In this document: positions 39,569 through 52,880 of the stretch, one piece after another
How positions within the stretch are numbered: the stretch's first letter is position 1
Layout of the letters: the number at the start of each line of letters is the position of its first letter
Source of the DNA: Octopus vulgaris
Lineage: Eukaryota
Direction of reading: 5' to 3'
Assembly: GCA_951406725.2 (NCBI GenBank)
Contig: OX597818.1
Location: 80,910,001 to 80,974,000 of the forward strand
DNA: 64,000 nucleotides
Notes under the pieces: model-generated
Told to the model about the DNA's origin: nothing
Databases searched by the model: none
What the model saw: only the letters and a program-made list of their open reading frames with translations
Made by a program: the position numbers and the translations under genes

Positions 39569-39934
39569 CGATCATATATATATATATATATACGATCATA
39601 TATAATCTTATATGTGAGTGTGTCTTCTTGTGTCTGTGTTTGTGCCCCACCACCGCTTGAGAACCAGTGTTGGTGTGTTTACCTCCTCGCAACTTAGCGG
39701 TCCGGCAAAAAATAACTGATTGAAAAAGTACTGGGCTTTAAAAAAAGTCTGGGGTCGATTTGTTCGACTAAAACCCCTCAATGCCCTAGCGTGGCTGTAG
39801 TCAAATGACTGAAACAAGTAAAAGATAAAAGATATATAGCAAGTAGACTTTACGATTAGCTTCCCAAGTAATATTATATTATATTATACTATATTATATT
39901 ATATTATATTATACTTTATTATATTATACTATGT

Positions 39935-39973
<39 letters not shown>

Positions 39974-40353
39974 ATATATCAACGAATTTCGAGCTAACCA
40001 GGTGTAACGGAAGAAGCTTGGAAGTCTTCACCTGTATAATCATTCGACCTTCTAAAAATAACAACTAAAATCTTTCAAATCTAAGCCTACTATCTTTAAA
40101 AAGAAAAGAAAGGTGCGTATCATAGAAACATGGTCGCTACCCATCAAAAAAAAAAAATTGTCACGGTTGGAAAACTCATTATAGCTTTCCCCATGACAAT
40201 CCTCTTGCAACCTGAGAAGCGTACAATGATTTCTTTTCATTTTCTTTCTTTCTCTTTTCCTTCCTTCCTTCCTTCTCCTATTTCCTTATTGATATTTTGT
40301 TAAGTACATGTAAGCGAGAACAATTTCGATGAATTTTAGATGCAGTCTAATTT

Positions 40354-40399
<46 letters not shown>

Positions 40400-40484
40400 G
40401 ATATATATATACGCACTTTATTAAAAGCAGCAGCCCGTTCCCGTTTGTCGGACAGTTTTGTTTAGAATTCTCAACATTCTAAAC

Positions 40485-40528
40485 AAAACTGTCAGACGAC
40501 CGGGAACGTGAAACTAAGTAACAGTTTT
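40485..40528 (+). ncRNA. Candidate minimal hammerhead ribozyme (position-4 variant) in a fold-back element (40411-40630)
   Basis: aaaactgt-CAGACGA-ccgggaacgt-GAAA-ctaag-TA-acagtttt; 8-bp stem I, GUA triplet. Confidence 0.55.
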
Positions 40529-40647
40529 TGTGATATTTCTGGTGCTTTTTAATAAAGCATATTACTCTACCTCTGGTTTTTGAGTACTATTTTTCCCCAC
40601 CTTGTTTTGCATTTATATGCTAACTCCGGTATATATATAAATAAAGA

Positions 40648-41002
40648 AGGCGGCGAGATGGCAGAAATGTTAGCATGCTGGGCGAAATGCTTTTTTATCC
40701 TTTCGGGGTCGATAAATTAAGCACCAGTTACGCACTGGGGTCGATGTAATCGACTTAATACCTATGTCTGTCCTTGTTTGTCCCCTCTATGTTTAGCCCC
40801 TTGTGGGTAATAAAGAAATAGGTATTTCGTCCGCCGCTGCGTTCTGAGTTCAAATTCTGCCAAGGTCGACTTTGCCTTTCATCCTTTCGGGGTCGATAAA
40901 TTAAGTACCAGTTACACACTGGAGTTGATGTAATCGACTTAATCCGTTTGTCTGTCCTTGTTTGTCCCCTCTGTGTTTAGCCCCTTGTGGGTAGTAAAGA
41001 AA
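40648..41002 (+). mobile_element. Family A SINE with internal duplication
   Basis: Same architecture as 10227-10642. Confidence 0.85.
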
Positions 41003-41229
41003 TATATATATATAAAGAAAATAATTAAATTAATAAATAATTATTTAATCATCTCTCTATTTTCTTATTTTCTTAAAAATATATATAAACCCTGGTTTAT
41101 CCAGTCACTTGACTATTAATTGTAATATTCAATACTTCTTGTAATAGGTAATAAACCAGTATATTCATTGGATTTTATTGTCCTTTAATGCGGTTTGTAA
41201 CCTTTATTTGAACTTTTATATATATATAC

Positions 41230-41590
41230 TCTTTACTCATTTACTTGTTTCAGTCATTTGACTGTAGCCATGCTGGAGCACTGTCTTTAGGACTTATTCT
41301 TGTAGGCTTAGTACTTATTCTATCTGTCTCTTTTGCCGAATCGCTAAGTTACGGTGATGTAAACACACTAGTGATGTTGGGGGGACAAACACGGACACGC
41401 AAACATATACACACACACATACATATATACGACGGGCTTCTTTCAGTTTCCGTCTACCAAATCCACTCACAAGGCTTTGGTTGACCCGAGGCTATAGTTG
41501 AAGACGCTCAAGTTGTCAGGCAGTGGGACTGAACCCGGAACCATGTGGTTGGTAAACAAGTTACTTACCACACAGCCACTCCTACGCCTA
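41230..41590 (-). mobile_element. Family B SINE
   Basis: Reverse-complement head (cacacagccactcct) and tail (tttacttgtttcagtcat). Confidence 0.85.
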
Positions 41591-42055
41591 TATAGATATA
41601 TATGGAAAATAATAAAAAAAATCGGTTTAGTAAAGCATGTCTTAACTTCTCATAAAAGACCCTATGTGAATTTTTTTGTGATGTTTTATTTGGGGAAAAA
41701 CAAGGTGTGTCTTTTATGTTATCTAATACAGTACATGTCTTTCTTCTGACAACTCCTCACACTTTGGACACAAAACAGATATCATCTCTGTCCAGGGTTG
41801 GGATGAAACGCAAGGCAGGCGTAAAAATGCTAGAGGAATTTCGTATTTCCTTTCTCACCTCATTCCTGGGCCTCAAATGAAATCTTCCCCCACGCCTACA
41901 TATCCAAGCCTATTCAATATAAATTGTATGTGTGTGTAGATATAGATGTGTGCATGATAATGTGTGTGTGTATATACAAATATATATATACACACATCTA
42001 TATTTATACATACATATAATATACGTATGTATACTAACATATTTATTATACATAC

Positions 42056-42093
<38 letters not shown>

Positions 42094-42094
<1 letters not shown>

Positions 42095-43930
42095 TAGCTG
42101 GTGTACCTGGTAATTCTCGGGGGTAAAGATGTTCTAATGAAACGCCTTATTATTCTGATATAAGAAAGCAATTTCATTATAACTACCACAAAAGGTGTAT
42201 TTTCTCTTGCAAAAAGTACAAAAAACTGTTAGCTGGAGGAGGGAGAGATTGTTGGAGGTTGGCGAGAAAGTACTTTGACTTGTCATAGCATTTTAAAGGT
42301 GAACTTTATGAAGGCTAATTTATTAAAGGTAATATATAAATGTAGTATATATGTATATAAATATATGAATGTAGTGTTTAATGTTTAAGAATGAAATGAA
42401 GTAAGTGCAATGATAATGTTCACACTCACTGATGGTCGCTCTCAATAACTGCCTTTAGCTTACGGAATTCTTGTTTTTATAACTATCAAAAAGCGGCCAG
42501 AAGGATAGACATATTGTTGAGAACAAATGATTCTGCTGGAGGTCTGGTATCTCCATTCCAGCCCCTGCAAAGACATTATTCTGCTTAGCGAAGGCATCTG
42601 GGAATTGTATAACTGCTGTCATTCACAGAAAAACTATTGTTTTACTGTGAGAAAAGCGCTGTTGAAATGTTAAGTGAAATTTGGCAATTGAGGATTGAAT
42701 CCACGCTATGCCTGCATGAAGCCACTACAAATATGTTGTGGAATAAAAATAAAAAATTTATCTACTGTCATGGAAAAAGTGTAACTACAAAAATGCAGAA
42801 TTATCGGAGTAATGGGCATTCAAAAAACGTATGTATAGAAATGTATGAATGAATTCTTTAAGGTTTAAGATTTAAATCAAGGAAGTGCAATAATAATGTT
42901 TAGCAGTTCAAAACTGTGAGTAGTGAAATGCAGAATTAGGTCAGTTGATTGTGTGAATCAAATATTGATTGCTTCGCTAAAAACTACAGGTGGTATGGGT
43001 TATTTCCCTTGGGTTGTTTAAATAAAATATTAGTAATATGTAGTGGATAGAAGGATCCTTTGGAGGGCCCCTATTATCGACTTTCAACAATCTAAGTATG
43101 TCACATGGTTTCGAGACATGAGTTCTACTCACATGTCAGATAAGGTATAAAAGTGATATTTTCTACAAAAATTAGAAATTTGACTCACAAAAAAATCAAT
43201 ATTCAAAGTAATTGAACATAAACTATGAAACCTGTAAAATATTTAAAAATTCGATGGCTGAATTAGTTTCATGAAAATGTTGTATGAACTGTAAATAAGC
43301 AATAAATATTATGATTTGTAAAATAAGTGATACAGGGTGTCCCAACTTAATGTGGTGTAAGTTTGGTTTCATTTTTTAAGAATTTCAAGCATTCAAAGTA
43401 TGAGTTCATTGTATTGGGAAACACTTATTAAATACGTTCTGGAATCAAAAATTTATGTACTGTCATCGAAAAATTTTAACTGGAAAAATGCAGAATTATT
43501 GGAGTTAAGGGCATTGAAAGTGTACATGCATCAAGAAAGGTTTAGCAGTTGAAAACTGTGAGTAGTGAAATTCAGAATTAGGTCCGCTGATCATGAGAAT
43601 CAAATATTAATCGCTTCGCTAAAAACTAACAATTGTAAATGCAGGTGCTATGGGTCATTTCCCTTGAGTGTTAAAAAAATATTGTGCAAGTGCTATGGGT
43701 TATTTCCCGTGGGTGCTTAAAAAAATTAGTAATATGAGGTAGATAAAAAGATCCATTCCAGAGGCTGCATTATCGATTTTTTTTCAACAATCCAAGTATG
43801 TCACAAGGTTTCCAGACATGAGTTCTAATCACGTGTCAAGTTTCATCAAAATCAATAAAATGATGTAGAAGGAGTTAGCTAACAACACCACAAACAAACA
43901 CACACCGATTTTCCACATATGTAGTATATA
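42094..43930 (-). mobile_element. Non-autonomous Helitron-like element (~1.8 kb) with internal duplication
   Basis: CTAG end and degenerate hairpin at 42094-42125; gtcaagtttcatcaaaatc motif near the 5' end as in 16512-16940; duplicated blocks ~42790-43130 / ~43485-43835. Confidence 0.65.
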
Positions 43931-45202
43931 TATATAAATGGAGAGAGGAAGTGTATTCCCATGCAAGAAAGAACTATAGGTGAACTATCAGTTTTGGGGG
44001 TTGAAAATGCATCTGAGTCCATATTGTCAAAACCAGTTTGTTATCTTAATGAATTTGTTACAAAATTTTAAAATGACCACACATTTTCAGACTCATGTAC
44101 ATTTTCAACCCCAATCACGTGATCACATGATATATATATATATATGTTTAAACAATTTAGCTAGGTGTAAAATTCACCTAAGGGATATTAAATAACCGAA
44201 GAATTTAATGGTTTATATTACCTATGTCAATAACAATGTTATTTCAAATAGGTAAATAAAAAATAAACATACAGTTTATTAATATATAAATATAAATAAG
44301 AATATAAATAAGAAAACAAAGCAATAAATATATATATATGTATGTATATAAGTATGTGTATGTGTGTATGTGTGTCTTGACATTGTGTGATAGTTGTAAA
44401 TGAGTGTATTTAATTGTGGAAGGAATATTTGAAGTGGCAAGACATATTCAGCGCGTTCTTTCAGCATATAGGCATAATAGCTTTTTCTGCCCTTAAGTGT
44501 AATTATACCCTATACAGTTATATCTCTCTCTCTATCATCATCATCATTTAACATCTGCCTTCCATGCTAGCACGGGAGGGATGGTTTCACAAGAGCTGTC
44601 CAGGCAGATGCCTACACCAGACCTCTGTGACTGTTTTGGCAGGATTTTTACAGCTGGATGCCCTTTCTAACACCAATCATTCAGCAGAGTGGACTTAGTG
44701 CTTTTAACATGGCAATATATATATATATATATTGCAAATTAGAAAATGGAGGAGAACAATAGTTGGTTCATCAACTTTAGGACATTAAAAATGTTAACTT
44801 ATTTATTTATTAAACTGATAATTATAAAAACATACATACATATACCATATTATTCTATGCATATAAGATAAGGATACCGATAATATATATGTATATATGT
44901 GTGTGTATATGTATGTATATGAATGTAAGACTGTGTCTGGTGCATGTGTACAATTTTCATGCATACACCCCCTTATGGATATGCATATGTTTGTATATGT
45001 GCAGGTGTAGGTGTGTGATGGGAGGGTGTATATATATATCGTAAAATATAATTGCCACCTAAATGTGGATGTCCCATAGAGGACGATGCTACAGTCATTT
45101 TTAGTCCCAGGAGGACATCTCCAGCTGGCTAACGACTCTGTCTGTATCCGATTAGTATTTGCGAGGGGAAATCATTGTTCCCATCACTAGCCATACCTGA
45201 TA

Positions 45203-45247
45203 CACACAGACCCAGGTTTCTAGGTAGTAACCCATCATCAGTGTTTG
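45203..45247 (-). ncRNA. Candidate minimal type-I hammerhead ribozyme within a partial tandem repeat (45041-45506)
   Basis: Minus strand: caaaca-CTGATGA-tgggt(tact)accta-GAAA-cctggg-TC-tgtgtg. Confidence 0.7.
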
Positions 45248-46056
45248 ATAATCATGAGCTAGTAATGAAAACTCATTCCACATGCAAAATACTATATATT
45301 TTTTCCATTGACAAACTATCGCTGATCTCAAAAAAGGAGAAATAAGCAATATTAAATTTCTGAGGAAGAAGTAAACTGTAGCAATATGTAATCGTAAAAT
45401 CTAATTGCCAACTAAATGTGGCTGTTCCATAGAGGATGATGCTGGCTAACGACACACTGTCTGTGTCTGATTAGTATTTTCAAGCTTCATTAGCCAGCTG
45501 GAGATGCTGTCTTTATTTCTCTTCACTTATGTAGCTCGTAAACATCTAGCATCTTACTAAGTTGAGAACACAGATTTAGTAGTAAAATGGTTTGACATCT
45601 ATTTTTAGCATACAAGGGATCCACAGAGTGATCTCTCATATTGTTTATATTTAAATAGAATTCATGGTCCTTGGATTGTTTTAAGTATGCTGACCACTTG
45701 TTGAAATTAATATTATTTAATAATATAAATTTTTACTCTTATTATATAAAATATATATATAAAAATATACACACAACCATATTCTCACAATACATAGACT
45801 CACTCACACAAACATGTATATGCTCATGCACATAAACACACAAACATATATGTATGTATGTACTGATACATAACACACGTATCCATGCACACATATATAT
45901 ATATATATATGTATATGTGTACATTACCTCATCCTCATATACATATAGGTGCTTACATGCATACACGTAACATAATACATGTATATTTAGACATTTATAC
46001 ATATAAATATATATATATATATATGTATTTTGCACTCGCTCACACACACACATATA

Positions 46057-46189
46057 TTCATTCAAATGAAATCATCAGGAAGCTTGCTGTCAAAATAAGT
46101 TTTGGCATTTATACATTTAGGCAGGTTTAATGTATAAATGCCAAAACTTATTTTGACAGCAAGCTTCCTGATGATTTCATTTGAATGAA
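46057..46189. repeat. Perfect 61-bp inverted repeat, 11-nt spacer
   Basis: Arms 46057-46117 / 46129-46189. Confidence 0.95.
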
Positions 46190-46212
46190 ACAGTTCTAGT
46201 CCTGTAGAAGCT
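46162..46212 (+). ncRNA. Type-I hammerhead ribozyme candidate
   Basis: agcttc-CTGATGA-t-ttc(attt)gaa-t-GAAA-cag(ttctagtc)ctg-TA-gaagct; 6-bp stem I, 3-bp stem III, GUA triplet; U.U at 10.1/11.1. Confidence 0.72.
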
Positions 46213-46839
46213 CCTTCTATAAAATAAATATATATATATATATATATATATACACCCCATACCATCACACACCTACATCCATAGAGAAACATGCATATCC
46301 ATATAAGTGAAGGGGGCATGTGTGTGAAAATTGCACATATGCACCAGACACAGTCTTACACTCTTACACATACATATACATGTATATATATACACACATA
46401 CATGTATACATATAAACACGTATGCATATACACACATATGCACATTCACACAATTTAAAAAGAAAAAAATGTATATAATGGAAGTTAAAACATATGAGAA
46501 AGTTTGTGCAGGAACATAGTAGAAATGTTGATTCTAGCTGTGACATTGGGGTTCCCAAAACTGTAACAGGTATTTTGTGACGTTTGGACATGATCCAAAG
46601 AGTCAAGTTCTTGAATTTAAAGAATGTAGCGGGGTCTAAGGGACTTTACCAAATGAGCCATCTTTCCATATACTTGGCTGAGATCTTCCAGTAAATCCTG
46701 TAGTTAACACCTAGTTCTTTTATGAACCATTTCTAAATGGATAATTTGGTAATATATAATACATGATATATTATATAATATATATATATTATAATACATG
46801 ATATATATATATCATATGATATATATATCATAATACATG

Positions 46840-46884
<45 letters not shown>

Positions 46885-47340
46885 TATGATAAATAAATAT
46901 ATAATATATATATATATTATATGTATATGATAAATAAATATATAATATATATATATATATATTATATGTATATGATAAATAAATATATAATATATATATA
47001 TATATTATATGTATATGATAAATAAATATATATAATATATATATATATTATATGTATATGATAAATAAATATGTATATGATAAATAAATATATATAATAT
47101 ATAAATGAATATATATATATATATAGTATATATATAAATGAATATATATATAGTATATATAGAAATAAATATATATATATATATATTGATTGATATATAT
47201 ATATATATATGTATGTATAAAACATATATAGAGGTAAACCTATTTTCACATGTGTATACACACACATACATATACGCATATATATATGATATATAATATT
47301 TATATATGTAAACATATTTTCACATGTGTATACACACATA

Positions 47341-47380
<40 letters not shown>

Positions 47381-49708
47381 CACATACGTATATGAACAGA
47401 GGTAGTGGGATAATAAACATATGTAGACTTGAGAAGTTTGATTATATGAAGCAAGAAGACACGGATTATAGAATAAAAAAGATAACAAAAGAACATGAAT
47501 TATGTAAAGTCTTATCTCAATAACTCTTTCAAGATGGCTATGACTTAAATTTTAATCATATTCATATGTAATATGTGCATGATATTATAAGTGTGTGTCC
47601 TGTAACCAATCCCAATGAATTGGATAAATTAAGTTAAGCCAGCTGTCTCAAGAGCAAAATGCATATTTTCTCGCAAATTCTACGAATATTAAAGTTTAAA
47701 GAGAGTAGATTAGTAGGAAATAGGTGAAAGGAGGTAGAGGGAACAGCCATGTAGAAAGGATAGTTAAAGGGAGATATGGGATGAAGATATTACTATTACT
47801 AGACCAGACATAAAGAAAATGAGGTTTATAACAAACCGAAGAAATATTGTTTAAGATCAAAATAGTGTGGGCAAGAGGAGAAAGCAATTAAGAACTACAG
47901 AATTGAGGAACAAAGTTGTGGGAAATAAGCACAGTGATAAGGGACTGGTGGTTAGTAAAAGAAGATGTGGTGATTGAAAGAATTTTAGCCAGGGTGATGA
48001 GAAATAATAATGATTTTACATAGTGAACAAAGGTCTTGTAATATTTATGTCTACAGGTGAAGATTACATCAGAGAATTGATTAAGAAAAGAGGTCTCATT
48101 TTGGCATAGTTTAGCGAGTGACTCTGGGCAACATAATTGTAGACATGGTATACATATGCACATATAGATACATAAATATCATCATCATCATGTTGTCATT
48201 TTTACATTTCCTTTTCCATGCTTGCATAGGTCAGACTGAATTCATTGAGACAGATGTCAATCACCTGTTTTCAAGCAGTGTAATATTTCTCAATGGCCAG
48301 ACATGGTTTTTGTGGAAGATTGGAAACAAATGATACTGCTTATGTGATGATGACATTCACTTTTCAACTGTCGCATGATGTTAAGATGAAAGGCCAGGCA
48401 CATGCATGCTTGACTTTCTTATTGTATTTGCATTAAGTGTGATACATAGATTGCTGTTTTAATTTAATACTGTTTCTGTTGCATGTAACATACACACACA
48501 TATGACGAGCTTCTTTTTGTTTCCATCTGCAAATTAAGGCTTTGATCGGCCTGTGACTTGCCTGAGGCGTCATATTATATGTGTGTGTGTATGTATGTAT
48601 ATATAAGGACACAGAAAATGTGTCAAAGCCGACAGGAGACGTCGATGTTTCCTAGGGCTAAATGGCGGTGGTGTAATTCCCTTACGAGACTATCACATTG
48701 AGTTGACAGTATACGACCACTATATATATATATATATATATATATTATCAAGGTTGGGGGTCTTGTCTGAAAATCATATAGAAATATATATCACCAACTT
48801 GATTTCAACTGGTATTCATTTTAAAGACCCCAGAAGGGGTGACCTTAGCGGCACTTGGATTCATAATATAATGAACGATTGCTAACTACCCCAATTATTT
48901 TGTCCGATCATCTTGCAATTCTTCCACCCTGCTATCCGATTCAATAATGTCTCCGCATCCCAGAAAAAACCTAATCACTTTAGTTTTATTCCCAATCCAG
49001 CTTTGAGCGAGCAAACCTATGATCAAAAGATTTTTGTGGTGACGGTCCCATCTTTTTGTATACCTTGATCTACATTGTCCAATTTATCCTTCTTTATTTA
49101 AGACTTGTGAATAGTTTGAAGGTGATACAACTGCTATTTCTCATTGTTCGAGCTACTCCTTAGCGGCATTGTCATTGACGCGTTGCGAACTGGAGTTAAG
49201 GCCTTATTTTTTTTTTTCTCCTCCTGCTACTTGTTGCTTTTAAAATAATTTCGTTTTGCTTCACTACGTAAAGAAAATTACATTTTAAAAGGCATAAATG
49301 CCATACAGTCTCCTTACCCACACCCTCTCTTAAAACCGAGACATTTTATTATTTGCAAAAGTCGTACCAGTGACACACTTCTATAAGCCTGTCAAAAACC
49401 TACCGCACCCATCCTCTCATTCCATATTCACAAAAAACACGAAGGTTATCACTTCCCAATTACTTCCACCCTTATCTTTCCTGTCTATATATTCAGAATA
49501 TTCGTATATCTCGACGTTCATAATCGGTGAGTTTATTTAAGTGACGGGACACTTATATATCATTGCAACATTTTAATTAACGTCGTTTTACGTTTCTGAG
49601 CTCAAATCACGTCACTGAGAGAGGAAACTTACCTTTTCATCCCGTGGTTTTGTGCCTACATCATAAATCTATAAATGGTGTTTGAAATTGAATTTAAACT
49701 TTAGCACT

Positions 49709-49747
<39 letters not shown>

Positions 49748-50136
49748 TACACTACACCCACACATATATATATATTCATCGATAGCTATGATACACCAAT
49801 ATACGAACACGCATACACAGGTGACTCACATTCGTTTCATTCATTTAAACATACACACATATATACAAACATTCACACAGTGAATGAATGTTAATAGCTT
49901 AAACCAATTCCTTTCGGATTTTACCATCGACGACTCCGTCGCCTACTTAGCAAAACGATAAAAGTTTAAAAAGAAAAAAGATAAAGAAGAGAGTGGAAAC
50001 ATTGAGTTTGGAAGATATATCCAGGAATAATTAAATTTAAAAAAAAAAAATATTACAAGAACCACCGAAAATTTAACTTTATTAATAATTATTATTTTTA
50101 AAATTTCAACAGCGAAAAACAAAAAAAGTTTTAATT

Positions 50137-50184
50137 ATGAAGAACAGTGAAGAAGCTCATAAAGTTACTGAACAAATTTACAAG
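50137..50184 (+). CDS. BAIAP2: First coding exon of an IRSp53-family (I-BAR/IMD domain) gene
   Basis: ATG...AAG|GTAAGA encodes MKNSEEAHKVTEQIYK, matching the recalled IRSp53 N-terminus MSLSRSEEMHRLTENVYK with a phase-0 intron at the same point. Repeat-free 5'-UTR-like DNA lies at ~49890-50136; exon 2 was not found in the window. Confidence 0.8.
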
Positions 50185-51205
50185 GTAAGAAGACTTTCAA
50201 CTTCATGTTTTTGCTTCTCATTTCAGTCGTATCTTGTTCTCTCTGGTGTTTTATTTCCTATTTCTTGTTATAATTATTTACTTAAAAAAGAAAAATGTCT
50301 TGTGTTATAGATATTTAAATATATTATTTACAACATTATGGTGTGGGTACTTTTTTAAGATTTTCACATCAAACAAAAAGAAAACCCCCGAAAAACAACA
50401 GAACAACCTGTCCTAAGAATGAAAGGAACCTCGATTCTTTATTGATTTCGTGTATATACATACATATTTTTTGTGTACGGTTAAAACTAAGGTTAATCGA
50501 AAACTATCATTTGTATATTATGTATGCTTTTAACTCATTTCACCGTCTTTTCCTTCCCTCTCTCTTATCCTTTATGTAACCCTCTACCAACACAAATTGT
50601 AGACTGTTCTTGTGATATAGCATTCTTAAACACCTGTGGCAAAATAAAAGAAATCATCACCATAACCATCATGATGATGATCATCATGTTTGTTGTTTAC
50701 GGAGTCAGCTATAAGACATATCTGAAGTGGGTTGCCAAGTGTGGGAAAATATCGATGATAATTTACTAATTATAGACACAATATTTCCTCCGTCATATTT
50801 TTTGCCATATCCCTTCAACCCTGTTAGAAACATGTTCTTTCACGTTCACACATATCGTTCTGTGGTTTACAAAGTGGTTACCATTATTATTTTCACCTAG
50901 CTCTGTCAAACATGTTTACTGATTTACTAAATAATTTTCGAGTGATTGGGTTTATGTAATCAGCTCTGATCGAATTCATCATCGAAGACGTTCCAACTTC
51001 TATATCGCGTCTTTTCGTTCATTGTGTCCTCCCTTCTTAGTGTGTCATTTTCAGTGGATTTGGTTGATATTTCTAGCAAAACGAGTGACGGCATATAGCT
51101 TTACTTGTTGGTTCTTCGAATGTTGTTGCTGTATTATTTAGCCCCAGATCAGCCCTAGTATTGCACACCTATTCTCAGAGGAGCTCTAACCATGACCATC
51201 TAGTC

Positions 51206-51491
51206 GGTACTATTTAAGAAGAGTGGTCCTGGTGCGCGCACTCGCGTACTCGCGCATCCGCGCTAGCTAGTCGTGACTAATCGATCCATTGTGTTTTTGT
51301 TTTATTTACTTCGTTTAAAAAAATTATTTACTTTGTGTTCTTGTGTTTTATTTACTTTGTTTTAAAAAAATATTTACTTTGTGTAAAAATTATTTATTTT
51401 GTGTTTTATTTACTTTGTTAGGTAGTCGTGTAGGTTCGACTAGTCCCGACTAGCTAGCGCGCACTGGGACCACTCTTCTTAAGTAGTATCC
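51206..51491. mobile_element. MITE (Merlin-like), sister of 38423
   Basis: ggtactatttaagaagagtggtcc TIR; TSD atctagtc (8 bp, or 9 with the preceding c). Confidence 0.85.
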
Positions 51492-52219
51492 ATCTAGTCT
51501 TATAACCAGGAACTACATTATCTAATGTGGCTTTTCTGTTTTAAGGCGCAGGGTGAGATTCGGAAGAGATTTGGCTGCTTTTCTAGCAGATCGAGCGACT
51601 GATCAGCGGCTTCTGCATAATCTACATATGTAAACAAATCAGAGATTTATAAATGCTGATAGCGTAAACAATTGTTTATGAAAATGCTGATTATGTAAAC
51701 AATTAAATTAATTGTTTATAAATAATGATTACGTAGACAGTGGACTAGCTATTACAATTAAAATTTAATTTATTTATTTATTTTCACTGATTTTTATAAT
51801 ATCCCACATTCTGAAATATTTGTAATTCAAATTTAAAAAAATTTTGGTTGCGCTCCTGCGACCGGGTGTTGAGGTTTATTGTCCGGATCCTCTGCGGTTG
51901 ATCGTGGGTATTTTCCGAGCCCCCTCCCCACTCCCTCCTTTGTCAGCGCACTTTTTTTCGTCATATTCCTTCAATATACGATGCCTTACACCTGTTACAC
52001 ATTTTTTTTCATTTTTGCCACTTGGGCGCGGAGCTAGTACGGTTGATCGTGGGAATTTTCCGAGCCCCCCCCCCTTTGTCAGCGCGCTTTTTTTTCGTCA
52101 TATTCCTTCAATATACGATGCCTTACATCTGTTGCACATATTTTTTTCCATTTTTGCCACCTGGGCGCGGATCTATATATTAACCATTTTTCTCTAAAAA
52201 TTTGTTTTTATAATTTTAA

Positions 52220-52440
52220 CCCTTTTGTGTTCAGATTACTCTGTTAATTGTAATATTTTTTTTACTCAAATTACTTTTAATCAATCATGCATTGCCTTGC
52301 TGCTTTGAGATTTCAATGATGTGATTGTTTATTTTTAGAATGTCAATGTAGGTTAGGTGTGAGAGGCTAGATATCACCAGTTTGAATATAAAACATGTAG
52401 AATATTTGGGCCAGATATGGCCGGTTTAAACACTAAAGGG
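52220..52440. mobile_element. piggyBac-type MITE
   Basis: TTAA|ccctttt...taaaggg|TTAA; sister at 60177-60397, fragment at ~57630-57790. Confidence 0.8.
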
Positions 52441-52448
52441 TTAAACCC

Positions 52449-52880
52449 GGCAATCTTTCGTCTCTAGTAGACCTTCGTCTCTAGTAGACCTTTCCGTCGA
52501 TTTCCGTAAAAAAATTTTTTTTTTACATAAGGGCTTGCGGGAACTTTTGAAGTAATGAGAGCGAAAGAGACTAAGAGAAAGCGATTTTATGACGAGGGAA
52601 GTTCTTTTGAAGTTACCGTGCATGGGAGCATTGATGGACATGTGTGTGTGTGTTTGATGGGGTGTGGGAGACAGACAGTATGTTGTGTAAGTGAAGTGCT
52701 TCTGTTAGTGTGAGTGAAGAGACAGAGTAATGTGTGAAAGAAAGAGATAACTGAAATTTTTTACTCGGTGTATGTGTATATGTATGTATATTACTTCAAA
52801 AGTTCCCGCAAGCCCATATGTAAAAAAAAAATATTTTTACGGAAATCGACGGAAAGGTCTACTAGAGACGAAAGATCGCA
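52449..52880. mobile_element. MITE with ~90-bp TIRs and 8-bp TSD (Merlin-like)
   Basis: ggcaatctttcgtctctagtagacc / ggtctactagagacgaaagatcgca; TSD ttaaaccc. Confidence 0.85.

Noticed and set aside
46500-48140. Ancient LINE fragments on the minus strand
   Set aside because: Strand-biased composition is suggestive, but no diagnostic RT motif could be read.
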